Source of the DNA: Saccostrea cucullata | Taxonomy: Eukaryota | Direction of reading: 5' to 3' | NCBI RefSeq assembly: GCF_032062105.1 | Contig: NW_026933969.1 | Coordinates: 1-64,000, forward strand | DNA: 64,000 nt | Part shown: piece by piece, positions 1 through 13,295 of the stretch | How positions within the stretch are numbered: the first letter of the stretch is position 1 | How the letters are laid out: each line of letters starts with the position of its first letter | Notes under the pieces: model-generated | Told to the model about the DNA's origin: nothing | What the model saw: only the letters and a program-made list of their open reading frames with translations | The model's database searches: none | Position numbers and translations under genes: made by a program

Positions 1-1274
1 GGTGTTAATTCTACGGAAGTTCATTTCATCTATATAGAGTTTTGTCACATGACAATGTAACAAACATGATGCCAATCGTCAATTTGAAACACTCGTAAAC
101 GAGGGATGAATTTTTATTAAAAATGATCATTAAAAGATTTTAGCTTTAAGTGTTGCACACAAATGAAAGGAATTTTAGCGACATTTTCAAGTGTTCAAAC
201 TTATTTCGAAATATACATTTTCTAGCAAATGCATCGCTACATTTAGACTCTAAGTTTCATCTGAAAACTCGATTACCATCTCTCTTTCAATAAATAGGAA
301 TTTATACGCAAATATTACCTCTAATAGATTCCTACAAGGCGATGGGGAAAGAAAATATTTTTAAACAGAGAAATATTTTCCTGCAATTTCATGTATGTGA
401 TATTGATTGATATTTTGACAGAAGAAGAAAATGTAAAATGCTTAAAATAAAAAGGCATTTGACAATGTTGAATTTCATAATCAAACGGGAAGTTTTCAGG
501 ACTCACATATTTGATGTCCCAAACAACTGTGCTTGCCCTAGCGCTGTCGCGCTGTCAACATATTGCTTAAAATTCAATACAACAGGAAATTTAAATTCAA
601 AATAATTTTGATGAATTTCAAATCAATATACTTAGCGCTGCCTATTACTTTCAGTACTTTGATTTATTATGAAAACGTTGAAATTTCGTTATCATTTGTA
701 CTTCAATGGCAATTTACTTTCTTTGATTAGTACATGTACCTATATCACATGTAGAATAACTGCAGCTGGTAAAAGAAAAATTACTATTAATGTACTTATA
801 CTTACCCTTGCAAATGAATTGAATTGAAGTTCTCTCTTGAAATTATAAAATTTTATATTTAACAAATATCAAATATCTTGAAAGATTAAACGAATTGGAA
901 CACATTGTTTACTGATGAGCACAACTGTTTAACAGATAACAAATGTCCTTAAGAAAAGTTTGAATCAAGTCTATAAACCCATTACTTTACAATACTACGA
1001 CCAGTTGGTCAAAACATTCCGATCACATCTTCATTTGTGGTTCAGTGAAGCACAAACTTTACCAGAGTATACGTGAAGTTAGTAACTTTTCAACATTTTC
1101 TTGTATAATCTTTGTATACTAAACAAATACCAATATATTTTTTGTTGAATGAATATTTAATTTCCTGTTGTATTTTTTTTTTCTTTTTAAAATTTCAAAA
1201 TAGTACGAAAAATGATGATCAAAAGAATTCCTTTATTTAAGTGTATTACAAAACATTCTTAACAAGAACGAGGG

Positions 1275-1480
1275 CGCTTTTGATTGCCATTCGGCAGGAA
1301 TCGGCGCACTTGAAAATTTCATTAACATGTCACTTGAAATTTTGATTTTGATTGTCATTCGGCATGAATCGGCGCACTTGAAAATATGTCACTTGAAATT
1401 TTTATTTTGATTGCATGCCATTCGGCAGGAATCGGCGCACTTGAAAATTTCGTTGATATACATTTCACTTGAAATGTTCG
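1275..1480. repeat. Three tandem ~60-70-bp units
   Basis: cattcggca(g)gaatcggcgcacttgaaaat repeated at about 1289, 1356 and 1419. Confidence 0.75.
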
Positions 1481-2689
1481 CATTTTTAATGTATCAGAAT
1501 CCTGAAAAAGAAGAAGCTTGTTACATGTAAAGGGTTTCATGCATATTCAGCTTACAGTTATATAGCAAATACTTGTACGGTAATTTCTGGTAGATATATT
1601 GTAGAAAGACAGAAATAGCTAACATTTGATAATTTCGACGAAGTTGGCGGGAGCTTATTGTCCTTTCTGACATAATATATTTTATCAACAAAGTTTCAGT
1701 TGCTTCAATTTCAGTCAATTAAGGAATGACCGGGTTAGAGCAGGTTAAGGTTTTTGAGCAGGTCCTATTTCCAAGTACCTTAAAACCCTATGTTGATCAA
1801 ATCTGCATTAGATGATACTTCACCTGACTTGTTTCTGTTGCTGGACCTGACTTAGATTTTCCGGATGAGAGACCAGATTTGGTTTTAGAGCAAGTTCATT
1901 CTAAAGTAACTTTAATAAGCCCTTTGATGACCAAACTTGCATGGATGATACATCGATCTAAGGATGCACAATGATTACCTGACTTGCTTTGGATGCTGGA
2001 TCTGACCTTTATTTCTGAATGAGGGACCAAGTTAAATATTTTCTGGAGTAAGTTCATTCAAAGGTAAATATTTGCCGTATGCTGACCAAATTTGCGGCAT
2101 GGGTAATACTTCTGGGGATGCATACCACTTGATTTTTTTTTCTTGATGAGTGACTAGACTATCATAATTGCTTAGTGTTGCGTCTTGGGATATACATGTA
2201 ACTACTAGATTATCAGTGTAAAATGGGACTTTGCTTTACGCACTTAATTTTGAATTGAAATATTTTTTTGCAGTTGATGGTGTGTATGCATTTTTTACGT
2301 CTGGATTTTGTAAAAAAAAAAAAAAAAAAAAAATAGTAATATATAAATAAATAATGAAATAAAATAAATAATTATTTAAGGTACTCAAGTTCAGAAAATC
2401 GTACATTTACTAACTGAAAATGCTCACAATAATCTCTCCGAATTCTCAATCATGTGTTTTTACCCACGATTATTCAAAATTAATTCTAAGTTAATCAAAT
2501 TGTATTGGGAAAGTAGTAAATCTCTTTTTGTCAGGAAATGCAAATAAAAACACATACAATATACATCTGATAAACAGACATATTAATTTAGACATTAGAA
2601 TCATTTGGTACCCAGGCTTTTTGGAAAAAAAAATTTCTTATACATAATACATGTACAAGGTACTTTTATTTTCTTCTATTAACTTCGAT

Positions 2690-2935
2690 CAGTGTATATT
2701 TAATTCAACTAAAGTTATGATATTTAACTCAAATGGCAAGCCTCAAGGAAATGAATTTAGTTTTAATGGTAATGCAATACAAATTGTACCAAGATACATG
2801 TACTGTTATTTAGGTATTATGATGAAATGTAATAGGAAGTTTAATTTAGCAACAGCTTTGCTTATTGAAAAGGCTAGAAAAGCATGTTTTAAAATGAAAA
2901 GAATTATTGGATTTGATAACCCATGTAAACTTTGA
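2690..2935 (+). pseudogene. Degenerate non-LTR retrotransposon RT C-terminal fragment
   Basis: NSTKVMIF...YCYLGI...KARKA motifs typical of the post-RT region of RTE-X/CR1-like LINEs. Confidence 0.6.
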
Positions 2936-3339
2936 TACATGCATGGCGGAAAGGTGGATTAATAATTTTTTTCATTTCAATATTCAGACTTTTTTAATCA
3001 AGTGATTTCTTTTATTGAAGATTAAAAAAAATAAATATTATTGATTTGTAGTTTTTACTCGTGATTTTTTCTTTTATGTAAGGAAATCATTTTCTAAAAC
3101 GATCTACATTGTACATGTATCTTCTTTTTTTTTTTCCTTCAAAACATTTAATTTACTATGATTACGATGAATGCGTTTAGGTTACAAATAAATTTCATAT
3201 TAAAATAATTATTTTACGTAGTTTCACTCAAAACCAGACACAAAACACGAAATGTTGACCCTGATTTATAAATTACAAATATTAAAGAGAACTTGATCCT
3301 TCCGTTCTGAAAAATATCGGGCTAGGAATCCTTTTAATA

Positions 3340-3402
3340 GAAACCGGAAGTCTCAATGTTGTCGACGATCCACTCTGACGCAACGCACGTTGTCTTCACA
3401 CG
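3340..3402 (+). promoter_or_regulatory. SRPRB proximal promoter / 5'UTR motifs
   Basis: ETS ccggaagt 3344-3351; CRE/CEBP-ATF-like tgacgcaa 3376-3383; local CpG enrichment. Confidence 0.45.
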
Positions 3403-6400
3403 ATGGACATGTCAAGTATTTTCAGCAATACCGTTGAAGGAATAAAAAATGGGGATCCTTCAGCGATTGGAATCTTAGTTGCTGTATCTGTAGTAGTCTT
3501 AACTATACGTAAGTCTATTGTAAATAACAGTTCTTGTTTTTTTTTCACTATATACTAGACGGAGATCCACAATGAACATATGGACAGATGAAATTAAAAT
3601 GTTTGGTCAAGGAAGTATTTCTTTACCTTACCATTTAAAAACATCTTTTATCCAAAGTTATTGGAAATTGGCTAGCCTGAAAAAGAAACCAGAATATATT
3701 TACAATATAGGAAAGACTACATGTGCACATCTGACCTCAGCTGTTGAAAAATCATCTCTGATCTACTCAACCTTACAAATTTATTTCATTTTAATTTGAA
3801 TTCAGGAAAATTAGCGATCTGATAAACAGAGTACACTTGAGTACACTTGCTCCGAAGGAGAGGGGGATAATCCGATATATTTAGATTAATTATTTTTATT
3901 AAATAATATTGCAATATTTTAGTGTTGTCAAAGAGTACCAAGTTAACCATCAAAGAATGCAAGTGCATGTATCAGATAGTAAAACACAGCTATGCTGATA
4001 CTCGGATAAACCATATTTTACGTGATAAATACGTTAAATATTAATGTTATACTGTTTAGAAATGTATAGACTAACAAATTTCCTTCATTTTTATGTACCG
4101 TTAGACTCGATCTTGTTAGTAGTTCTTCACAAAATAGGATTGAATTTTTTTTATTAGTTTTCATTGTTTAATATAATTTGGGTAACACAAATCAAAGAAA
4201 TGGTTGCTGGGGGGGGGTATACAGTTTGAAAAACTGAGTTATAATGACCTCTTTTTAATGATTTCTATGAGATGCCGCCACAGACATATGACACTTGGAG
4301 GTGTTTTTAAAGAACTTAGTTGAAATCTGTGAAAGGTGAATTATCCAAATTGGAGTCATCATGTACGGGTTTGACTATAAATACATGTATGTAAAATCAC
4401 CTAAGCTTAAAAATTATTTGGAAACCAGCGTTTTACTGGACACTCCACAAATTAATCAGTAATAACAGAGTACAGTATGTAATAATTCAAAAGTTTCATA
4501 TAATGTTAAATACTGCTACTAATGATCTAATATATCTGTTTATCATTTATATAATAGTGTTGCATTATGCATGTACTATGCCTAAATAGTAGGCAGGGTT
4601 TGACACATGGTGCACGAGCCGGAGGCGAGTGCACTATGTGTTAAACCCTGCCTACTATTTAGGCATAGTACATGCATAATGCAACACTATTGTTATTATT
4701 ATGCTGACTGTTGTTATTATTTATGCGGCAATCCATTTGATTTTTTCCTGAAAATAATGGTGGTAACACAGCGCACTTGCAAATATTTGTCTATTTTCTC
4801 CTTCTTGTGTCAATTGTATAAATTAAGTTTATATATTTAATAAAATTCTCTCAATCAGTGATCGTCTCTGTGGCGTAATGGATAAGGCATCGGACTGGCA
4901 ACCTCACGGTCGTGAGTTCGATTCCCGGTGTGTGCATTGAAGAATTTTCTTCAGAGAGTAAGGTCGTGCACTGTTTCGGCATAGTATGCTTACGCTATAT
5001 AAATCCTTAGACCACTATGCGAGAATAGTAGGGTATGGGCTAATATAGAGACAAACTGACAGGAAGCATAATAATTTATGATAATTTTTCAACAAGTGTT
5101 CAAATTTATAGTTTTAGATAAAATTATTATAGATTTACAGTATTAGTAATTACACTTATAAAGTCATAAAGTCATAAAGTTATAAAGTCCAGGGATGGGC
5201 TTTGTTATAAGTGAAATTTGTTATATATCAGTTAAGTTTACAATATATTTTAAAGTCACAGGGAATGAAAGTCACTAAGTGACTTTGTTACAAACATAAT
5301 TCATTATAAGCTTGTTCACTAATCACTATATGAATGTTTTACTGTACATACTTTTTTTTTATCTAGATTGAACTTATTTTGCATACTTTCAGTGATATTT
5401 CTTCTGGGTGGCAAAAGCAACAAACGCCAGGGTGTACTACTACTGGGAATGTGTGACACAGGAAAAACCCTCATATTTCATAGGGTAATAGATTTTAGGA
5501 ATATTTTAGAGCAGAATAGAGTTGAAATAATTTTTTTACCTAGGCTATTAAAAGAATACAGTTCTACTATCAATCCTGTTTCCAATTTTAATTAACTGTG
5601 ATCAATCACATTGTAAATTGTGAATAGTGAAAATTGAATTCCTTTCGTAAATTCTTGATTATTATTTAGTATTTACCAGTAATTATTTTCTTTTGTAGCT
5701 TGTTCACAGAAGTGAAAAACCAATACATACTGTAACATCAATATCCCCCAACAGTGGAGATTATTCTGTGCCAGGAAAGGTAATGCTGCTTTATTGAATT
5801 CATTAAGTAATGTTCAAGTACAATTTATATTACATGTACAACTTGAACTATATCATTATGTGTTTGACTTTCAATTATCACATGGAATATTTACAGATAT
5901 CATATGAAATATCTTGGAAATTTTTTTTAAGAAAAAAGCAAGTGTGTCATACTGTTTGACAGAATCATCAAATTTTGTTACTGTCAAATTTATGTTTGCT
6001 GATGATTGCAAAGATCATGGTTAAACCATAGGCCCCAACCGCCCTAAAATTTTAAAGTTTTACTACCCCACAAAGATATATTGATAATATTTTCTGGATT
6101 TTAGATTTTTTCAAAGAGTATCCAGATAAATAAGGTAAAGATGATCTTAGACCCCCCTTAAAATACTCCTGTAGATGACCCTACCCCTTGCTAAAATGGT
6201 ATGTTAGGAAATGGAATTCATTTATTTAAGGAATCACTGTCTACATAGTAGAGTGTGTCGTCAACGATAGTTGGAAACATGGAATAATTTATGTAGAATG
6301 AGCTTCGAAATCCATGTTTCATTGATGTCCCTGGCATACTCTACTAAACTAGACACTGATTCCTTATATTTCCATTTCATTGAGAAATAAAATAGTAAAT

Positions 6401-7961
6401 TTAGATTTTAAAGATCGAGACTTATAGATTTAAATTACATGAGGCCTTCCATGTCAATTTCATTAGTCCCTGCCCACTGACAAAAACACAAGGACAATAA
6501 CAGGAGATTTTCATGCATGTTAGGTAGGCCTCCTTAGCATCAGACACAAAAATAGAATGATTCAGAAGATTGACATGCATATTAGACCTCCTAAGCTCCT
6601 GACCTTTTTCTTGCAGAAATTTACATTCACATTACATTTACATTTTGACATTTACATGATAATAAAAATCAACATAACAAACTTTAAAATCAACCTTCTA
6701 CAAGCATCTATAGCAAAAGGGGCATGTATCAACTTTCATATAATGTACAGAATATACTAAAAGATAAATGAGTTATTTCCCTTTTTAATATGTCAATAAA
6801 ATTGATCGATGAAACAATGTTTGACTAATCACAACTTCTCGACCTTTCTGACTAGCGGAAAATGTGTCTTGAATGTGTTATGTAGACGCCATGACAACCC
6901 CATTTTTCACAAACTTTGAAATAAATGTTAGAAAACATCTAATCTGTGGAGTATGGGGGTTTAACTTTATTTGATGTAAAGATATTACCTATTTTGTACC
7001 ACAGAAAGGACTTTAAAATCCTTCTATCCTAAAATTATATAAAAAGGAAGATGTATAGATTTTTAACATCCAGTGATCATAATAATTGTAAACTCTAATT
7101 TATTTTTCCCAGGTTTCTTTAATTACCTAATTTCATATAAACTTGGTGCTGAACGAAAAATTGATAACACTGCAGTGCTGGAAATTGGTTAAACCTAAAT
7201 AAACTGTATACTGTTTACTAATACATAGATAATCCAAGAAAAAGTCTCAGTGGTCGGAATTAAATACAGTGTACTTAAAATAAAAAAGAAAAACACGAAA
7301 AACCTCAGTCATACTGTATACTAATACTATACATATTTTTTAACAATGATTCCTTTCTTTACAGAATTTAACATTGATTCCTTTCTTTACAGAACAAGTC
7401 TTTGAAGATCTATGATCTGCCAGGCCATGAGAGATTGAGACTTCAGGTGTTGGATCAGTTCAAAGGACTGGCCAGGTAAGAGATCTCAGTAAATGAGGTG
7501 GATTTTTTTTTTGCCATTTATTGAACGGTACAATAATGTACATGTTGTGATGCGTCTAGGAGTACAGTTAAAGCTGTCAATTATAGGCTCATGGGATGAA
7601 CTTGCTAAATGATTAGCTTTGATTTGTATGATTTATGTAGGGAATCTATTGAGACAAACTGCCTATGAAATACTGGAATATTGATCCAGGCTGTTATATA
7701 CAATGTATATGTTAGATGTTTGAACTCTGCTTTGCCTTTTTATTGAACATATAGCCATTTAGGAAAGCAAAGATAATTATTATGATTAGAATGTTATAGC
7801 CTTGGCCTAGGCCTACCAATTTCAGCAGTCACTGAATGATTAGATTTTATAATGTTTTTATGTATTGATACTCTTTTTAGCTCACCTGAGCTGAAGGCTC
7901 AAGTGAGCTTTTCTGATCACATTTTGTCCGTCGTCTGTCTGTCCGTCTGTAAACCTTTCAC

Positions 7962-7998
<37 letters not shown>

Positions 7999-10900
7999 TG
8001 ACCAAACTTGGTACAAAGCATCTTTGGGTGAAGGGGAATTTAAATTGTCAAAATAAAGGGCCAAGTCCCCTCACAAGGGGAGATAATCAAGAAAAGACAA
8101 AAATAGGGTGGGGTCATTAAAAAATCTTCTTCTCAAGAACCACTGGGCCAGAAAAGCTGAAACTTATGTGGAAGCATCCTAGGGTAGTGTAGATTCTAAA
8201 TTTTAAAAATTATGACCCCCGGGGGAAGGGCGAGGCCACAATGGGGAATCAAAGTTTTACATAGAAATATATAGGAAAAATCTTTGCAAATCTTCTTCTC
8301 AAGAACCATTGGGTCAGAAAAGCTGGAACTTATGTGGAAGCATTCTGGGGTAGTGTAGATTCTAGATTGTAAAAATCATGACCCCCGGGGGAAGGGCGGG
8401 GCCACAATGGGGAATCAAAGTTTTACAAAGAAATATATTGGAAAAATCTTTGAAAATCTTCTTCTCAAGAACCACTGAACCAGAAAAGCTGAAACTTATG
8501 TGGAAGCATCCTGGGGTAGTGTAGATTTTAAATTGTTCAAATCATGACCCCTGGGGGAAGGGCGGGGCCACAATTGGGAATCAAACTTTTGCATAAAAAT
8601 ATATAGGAAAAATCTTTGAAAATCTTCTTCTCAAGAACCACTGGGCCAGAAAAGCTGAAACTTGTGTGGAAGCATCCTGGTATAGTGCAGATTCTAAATT
8701 TTTTTAAATCATGACCCCCCGGGGAAGGGCGGGGCCACAATGGGAATTTTACATAGAAATATATAGAACAAATCTTTGAAAATCTTCTTCTCAAGAACCA
8801 CTGAACCAGAAAAGCTGAAACTTATGTGGAAGCATCCTGAGGTAGTGTAGATTTTAAATTGTTCAAATCATGACCTCTGGGGGTAGGGTGGGGCCACAAC
8901 GAGTAATCAAAGTTTTACATAGAAATATATGGGAAAAATCTTTGAAAATCTTCTTCTCAAGAACCACTGGGCCAGAAAAGCTGAAACTTATGTGGAAGCA
9001 TCCTGGGGTAGTATAGATTTTAAATTGTTCAAATCATGACCCCCTGGGGAAGGGCGGGGCCACTATGGGTAATCCAAGTTTTACATAGAAATATATAGGA
9101 AAAATCTTTGAAAATCTTCTTCTCAAGAACCACTGGGCAAGAAAAGCTGAAACTTATGTGTACATGGAAGGATTCTGGGGTAGTCTAGATTTCAAAATGT
9201 CTAAATTATGATCAGTTGGGTATAGTGGGGATGCATTATGTATTACAAGGAGGAAATCTGGTAAAAAACAGAATGGTCAAAGCTTCTCAGGTGAGCGATG
9301 TGGCCCATGAGCCTCTTGTTTGAAAGAATTGTCCACATTTTTACTTCATAATGATCCTAACACCTGTGGTTATTGACATCCCAGTGAGTGCCTTTGCCCT
9401 CACATATCTATGTTTCAAAATCTCCCAGCCATTATTTAGTTTTTTGCAGTGTTTGAAACTCATCGTAAAATAAGCTAGACATGTAGGGCTGACTGTGAAT
9501 TATAAAGTTGTCAGCCCTGGAAAAAATGGCCCTAGAAAATATTAATAAATTCATTTTGTAGGCTGAAAAATTTTATCTGTTTGCTTGTTTCACGTAGCAG
9601 CAATCATGTTTAGAAGTTTTGAAAGAGATTTATCAAATACAGTTGTATCTAAATTTCAATTTTAAAAATCTTTACATATCCAGCATGGCTTCAATACATG
9701 CAAATCTGTTTGCCCACGACCAAAATTTGTGCAACTTAAGAAACAAAATAGAATTTAAAAACAGTGTGTCTATTAATTCTTTAAGTCCTTTTCTATGTCA
9801 TTGATGAGATCCCTCCATCATGTTTCAAGTAGTAGAGCCCTAATTGCAATGAAACCTTGGAAATTAAAAAAAAAATTGTTTCATATATCTCCTAATATTA
9901 ATTATGTGTGTGTAAATTGACTTTGAATACGGATGTGAATTTTTTGGTGCTCAAAAATTCTGTCAGAAACTTGAACTTTTCGAAGACATGCATATATACT
10001 GTAAATCACTTTTTACTCGTGAGAACTTTATTTTCATGTAATTACACAAGACAATAAGCTCGCAAAAATTTCATTTTTGCATATAATAGTATACCTTATG
10101 ATTTATTGAGAAGTAACACAATTCATGAAAATTATGTCTCGCTAATAAAAAGTAAATGACAATCTCGCGAAAATAAGGTGTCGTGAAAATTTATTGATCT
10201 ACAGTACATAAAAATATTAAGTTTCATGTATCTCCTAATATTAATAACGTGTGTGTGTAAAATGACTTTGAATATGGATGTGAATTTTTTGGTGCTCAAA
10301 AATTTTCAGAAATTTGACCTTTTCAAAGACATGCATATATGTACATAATGTATGCTCGATGACTTACATTTACATGTATATTTTACACAAAATATGTTGT
10401 TCACTAATCACTTTGTATAAGTCCAGATTTACTTGTTTCATTTACTTTTTGATATTAAATGTACAAAAATAAGACTTAGTGTAGAAGTCTTTTACTTGCT
10501 TAGTCTGCCCACTTGCCTATACTACATGTATATTGTGAACAATATGTGTGTGGAATTATACTGGAATAACTTAACTTTAATTTATAAATATTGTTTAGAG
10601 AATGCACTTTTAATTTTTTTTCCAGGGGTATTGTGTATGTGATAGACAGTACTTCTCTACAGAAAGATATCAAAGAAGTAGCAGAGTAAGTACATGTACA
10701 AACTCCTTTTTTTATGCATCAAGATCAAGAGGAAGGATAAAACAAGAGACTTCTGAATATTCCTTTCCAAGGTCTCAGGTTTTATCTTACATCTATAACC
10801 CCAAATGGAAATAGATGTATCTCATCCGATGTCGTATATTGTATCGAGGTAATATTAGGGAATGAACGAGTGGTTTACAATAGAGAAGCTCAAACAGAAA

Positions 10901-13076
10901 CTTCTGAAACGTTGACAAGAAAAAAGTCTCCCCAAGCAAACAAAGTCATTTTAAAGTAGGTTAATGATTGATTTACTCAATGGAGTACCCTGTATACGAA
11001 ACAAGTGCCTGTGATCAAGACCAGAGATTGTTGGAGGGGGTATAGTGTTTTTGTTCCATCGGATCATCTGTCATTCTTTGTCTATATCACCCTTCCTGAT
11101 AATTTTTTTACCACTAAACTTAGCAACTTTATATTTGATAGAGTGTTAGAATTAATGTTTTTCATCCTTCATTTTCCAGAAGTAAAAATTATGAATATAA
11201 GTGAAAATTGTATGAAATTTTAATTTTAAAACTTTTTTACTTACTCACTTGAGCAGAAAGATCAGGTTAGCTCAAGTAAGGTTTTCTGATACTTCAGATG
11301 TATACTTTAAAACAAATCTTGATTCAGAAGAATGTATTAACATTTACAAAAAATTATACATTTATAAAATGGATGTCTTTAATGAATATCTTGTAGGTGC
11401 ATGTAGGTGCATGCATATGTATTTCTTGGATGGAATCAAATTTTAGATTATACTGTATAAGTAGAAATTTTAGCTAGGATTGAATAATTATTTTAGCATA
11501 TTTAGGAAGAGCTTGCTAAAATTAAATGTTATACAAATATTGACTGGGGTTAAAGGCAACATTGACCACTTTGGACAGAGTTATGCCCCCTGGACTTAGA
11601 AAAATTAATTTTTTTTTTGCAGAGGTTGCACATATTGAAATGAAATTTGATAAACAGATTAAACATGAGAATATCTGGATCAAGTTTTGTTTTGGGTATG
11701 ATCGAGATATTTTGGATAGAGTTATGCCCCTTGGACTTTCAAAAATTCCAATCATTTGATTGAGGGGGACAAACATTTCTTGTTAAGTTTGGTATTATAA
11801 TATCACCAAATGATGGATATGGAGATAATGAACAGCATTCAATATCAAAGTCCATAAAAAAGTACAAAACAGAAGCAGAGCAAACACAGATCTCCAAAAC
11901 ATCAGAGGTGGGATCAAGTGCCATGGAGGAGTGAACATCCCCCAGCCGACCGGTCACACCCGCCTTGTGCTCATGATAGGGAAATAACAGAATAATCCGT
12001 CATCAATTCAGTGTATAAATAATAGACTCACAAAAAGTATGAAAATTGTCAGTCGGCATTTGACTCAATGATAAATTGTATTTGCTGACAAGGTCATTGT
12101 ATCGACCATAGAACTTACAAAATGATGACTTAAAAGGACACTGCTGATATTCTTGTTTCATCAACTTGTTTGCCAAAAATACTTCTTCCTAAAATTATGA
12201 CTGAATGTACTGATTTTTAAGCACAATTTTCTTGCTAAATTTGTGACTTGCTGAAAATTCAACTTACATGACATTGCATTTATATTTTTGCATCATGTGC
12301 ATGTATACATGTAATATTACGTTTTATAAAATATATGTTAAATTAACAAAAAATTATAAGTGCAAAAATGCTCAAGAACATTTTATTTTCAAATTACTGA
12401 GCCTAAGTTTTTGTTATAGATTCCTGTACACAGTACTGAGCGACCCAGTGGTTCTGGGTCATGCCCCTCCTGTTCTGATTGCATGTAACAAGCAGGATCA
12501 ACATCTAGTCAAAGGAGCTGGCTTTATAGAGAAACAGCTGCAAAAAGAAATGTAAGTCCTTCATTTAACACATTGTTACAATCATTGTTGATGGCAGTGG
12601 TATTTGCATTACTAATCAGTAATGATAATTATTTCTCCCCTCCTCCCTCCAAACAGAAAGGGGAATGGAATGTGAATTTCAGTAGAATTTATCCCAATGG
12701 TTGACCGGTTCCAAAGAAATTGGCTGAACTAGACAACATTCTGCAATATTTAACATTTTAAAAAATTGAAATTAATGAAAAGGACTTTAAGCTCACATCT
12801 TAATATTAGACAAAATTTTAGAATACACTACATCTAGATAAGATTTTACTGTATTTTAGGAACACTCTGAGAGTGACCCGCTCAGCTGCTCTCCAGCAAC
12901 TAGAGGGAACCACAGGAAATAATAACACCTACCTAGGCAAGCGCAACAAGGACTTTGAATTTTCAGATCTGAAGCCAATGAAAGTTCAGTTTGTAGAATG
13001 TAGTGCAGTAGACACTTCTGACAAAGATCAACCTGGACTCATGGAAGTGGAGAAATGGCTCTCAGCATTAGTATAA
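3403..13076 (+). CDS. SRPRB: Signal recognition particle receptor subunit beta (7 coding exons, 256 aa)
   Basis: GT-AG exons with matching phases: 3403-3508, 5393-5484, 5699-5779, 7393-7475, 10626-10685, 12420-12551, 12860-13076 (771 nt). N-terminal TM anchor (AIGILVAVSVVVLTILIFLL), P-loop GMCDTGKT, G3 DLPGHERLR, YVIDS, G4 ACNKQD, and C-terminal NTLRVTRSAAL..LGK..KDFEFSDL..FVECSA typical of SR-beta. Confidence 0.95.
4553..4691. repeat. Near-perfect hairpin (63-bp arms, 13-nt loop), probable terminus of a Crypton-like non-autonomous element extending to ~5075
   Basis: Arms 4553-4615 and 4629-4691 with 2 mismatches; loop gagccggaggcga; secondary IR ttattatgct (~4696) / agcataataa (~5064). Family assignment is inference. 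Confidence 0.75.
4864..4936 (+). pseudogene. tRNA-derived sequence (pseudo-tRNA / SINE-like head)
   Basis: A-box tggcgtaatgg, B-box gttcgattcc, tRNA-like spacing; acceptor and anticodon stems pair poorly. Confidence 0.6.
7874..9321 (+). mobile_element. Non-autonomous Helentron-like (HINE/DINE-type) element with ~166-bp central satellite
   Basis: 5' gctcacctgag..., (GTCY)n microsatellite, about 7 tandem ~166-bp units (aaaatcttcttctcaagaaccactgg...), 3' sub-TIR caggtgagc and hairpin ggcccatgagcc; sits in T-runs. Lies in SRPRB intron 4. Confidence 0.85.
9997..10206. mobile_element. Tc1/mariner-type MITE (TA-flanked)
   Basis: Ends ta|ctgtaaatca ... tgatctacag|ta; cgcgaaa subterminal motifs; same family at 55010-55221. 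Confidence 0.7.
11820..12175 (-). repeat. Interspersed repeat, probable retroelement 3' fragment (second copy 24598-24855)
   Basis: Both copies share ggagataa.gaacag.attcaa.atca...gccatggaggagtga.catccc...cggtcacacccgc...; class uncertain. Confidence 0.55.
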
Positions 13077-13295
13077 GTAAAGTTGATTAGATAATATTAT
13101 GGGTAACTTCAAGATGTACATGTAACAGATTTGTAGATTGTGTAAGGAAAATGTATTGGATGTACATTGTATAAATGTTGTTTGATGTTTATGAGTGAAA
13201 ACAGTTGACTGCAAAGGTTACAGACATATTTCTTCATTTATCAAGTTCATCACCAGTATCATTATTTTTTAGGGAGGATGGTATTTTCAATTTCA

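Noticed and set aside
4864-4936. Functional tRNA genes here and at 21403, 22442, 47045 and ~63620
   Set aside because: Acceptor and anticodon stems are broken and most copies sit within repeats; treated as tRNA-derived relics.
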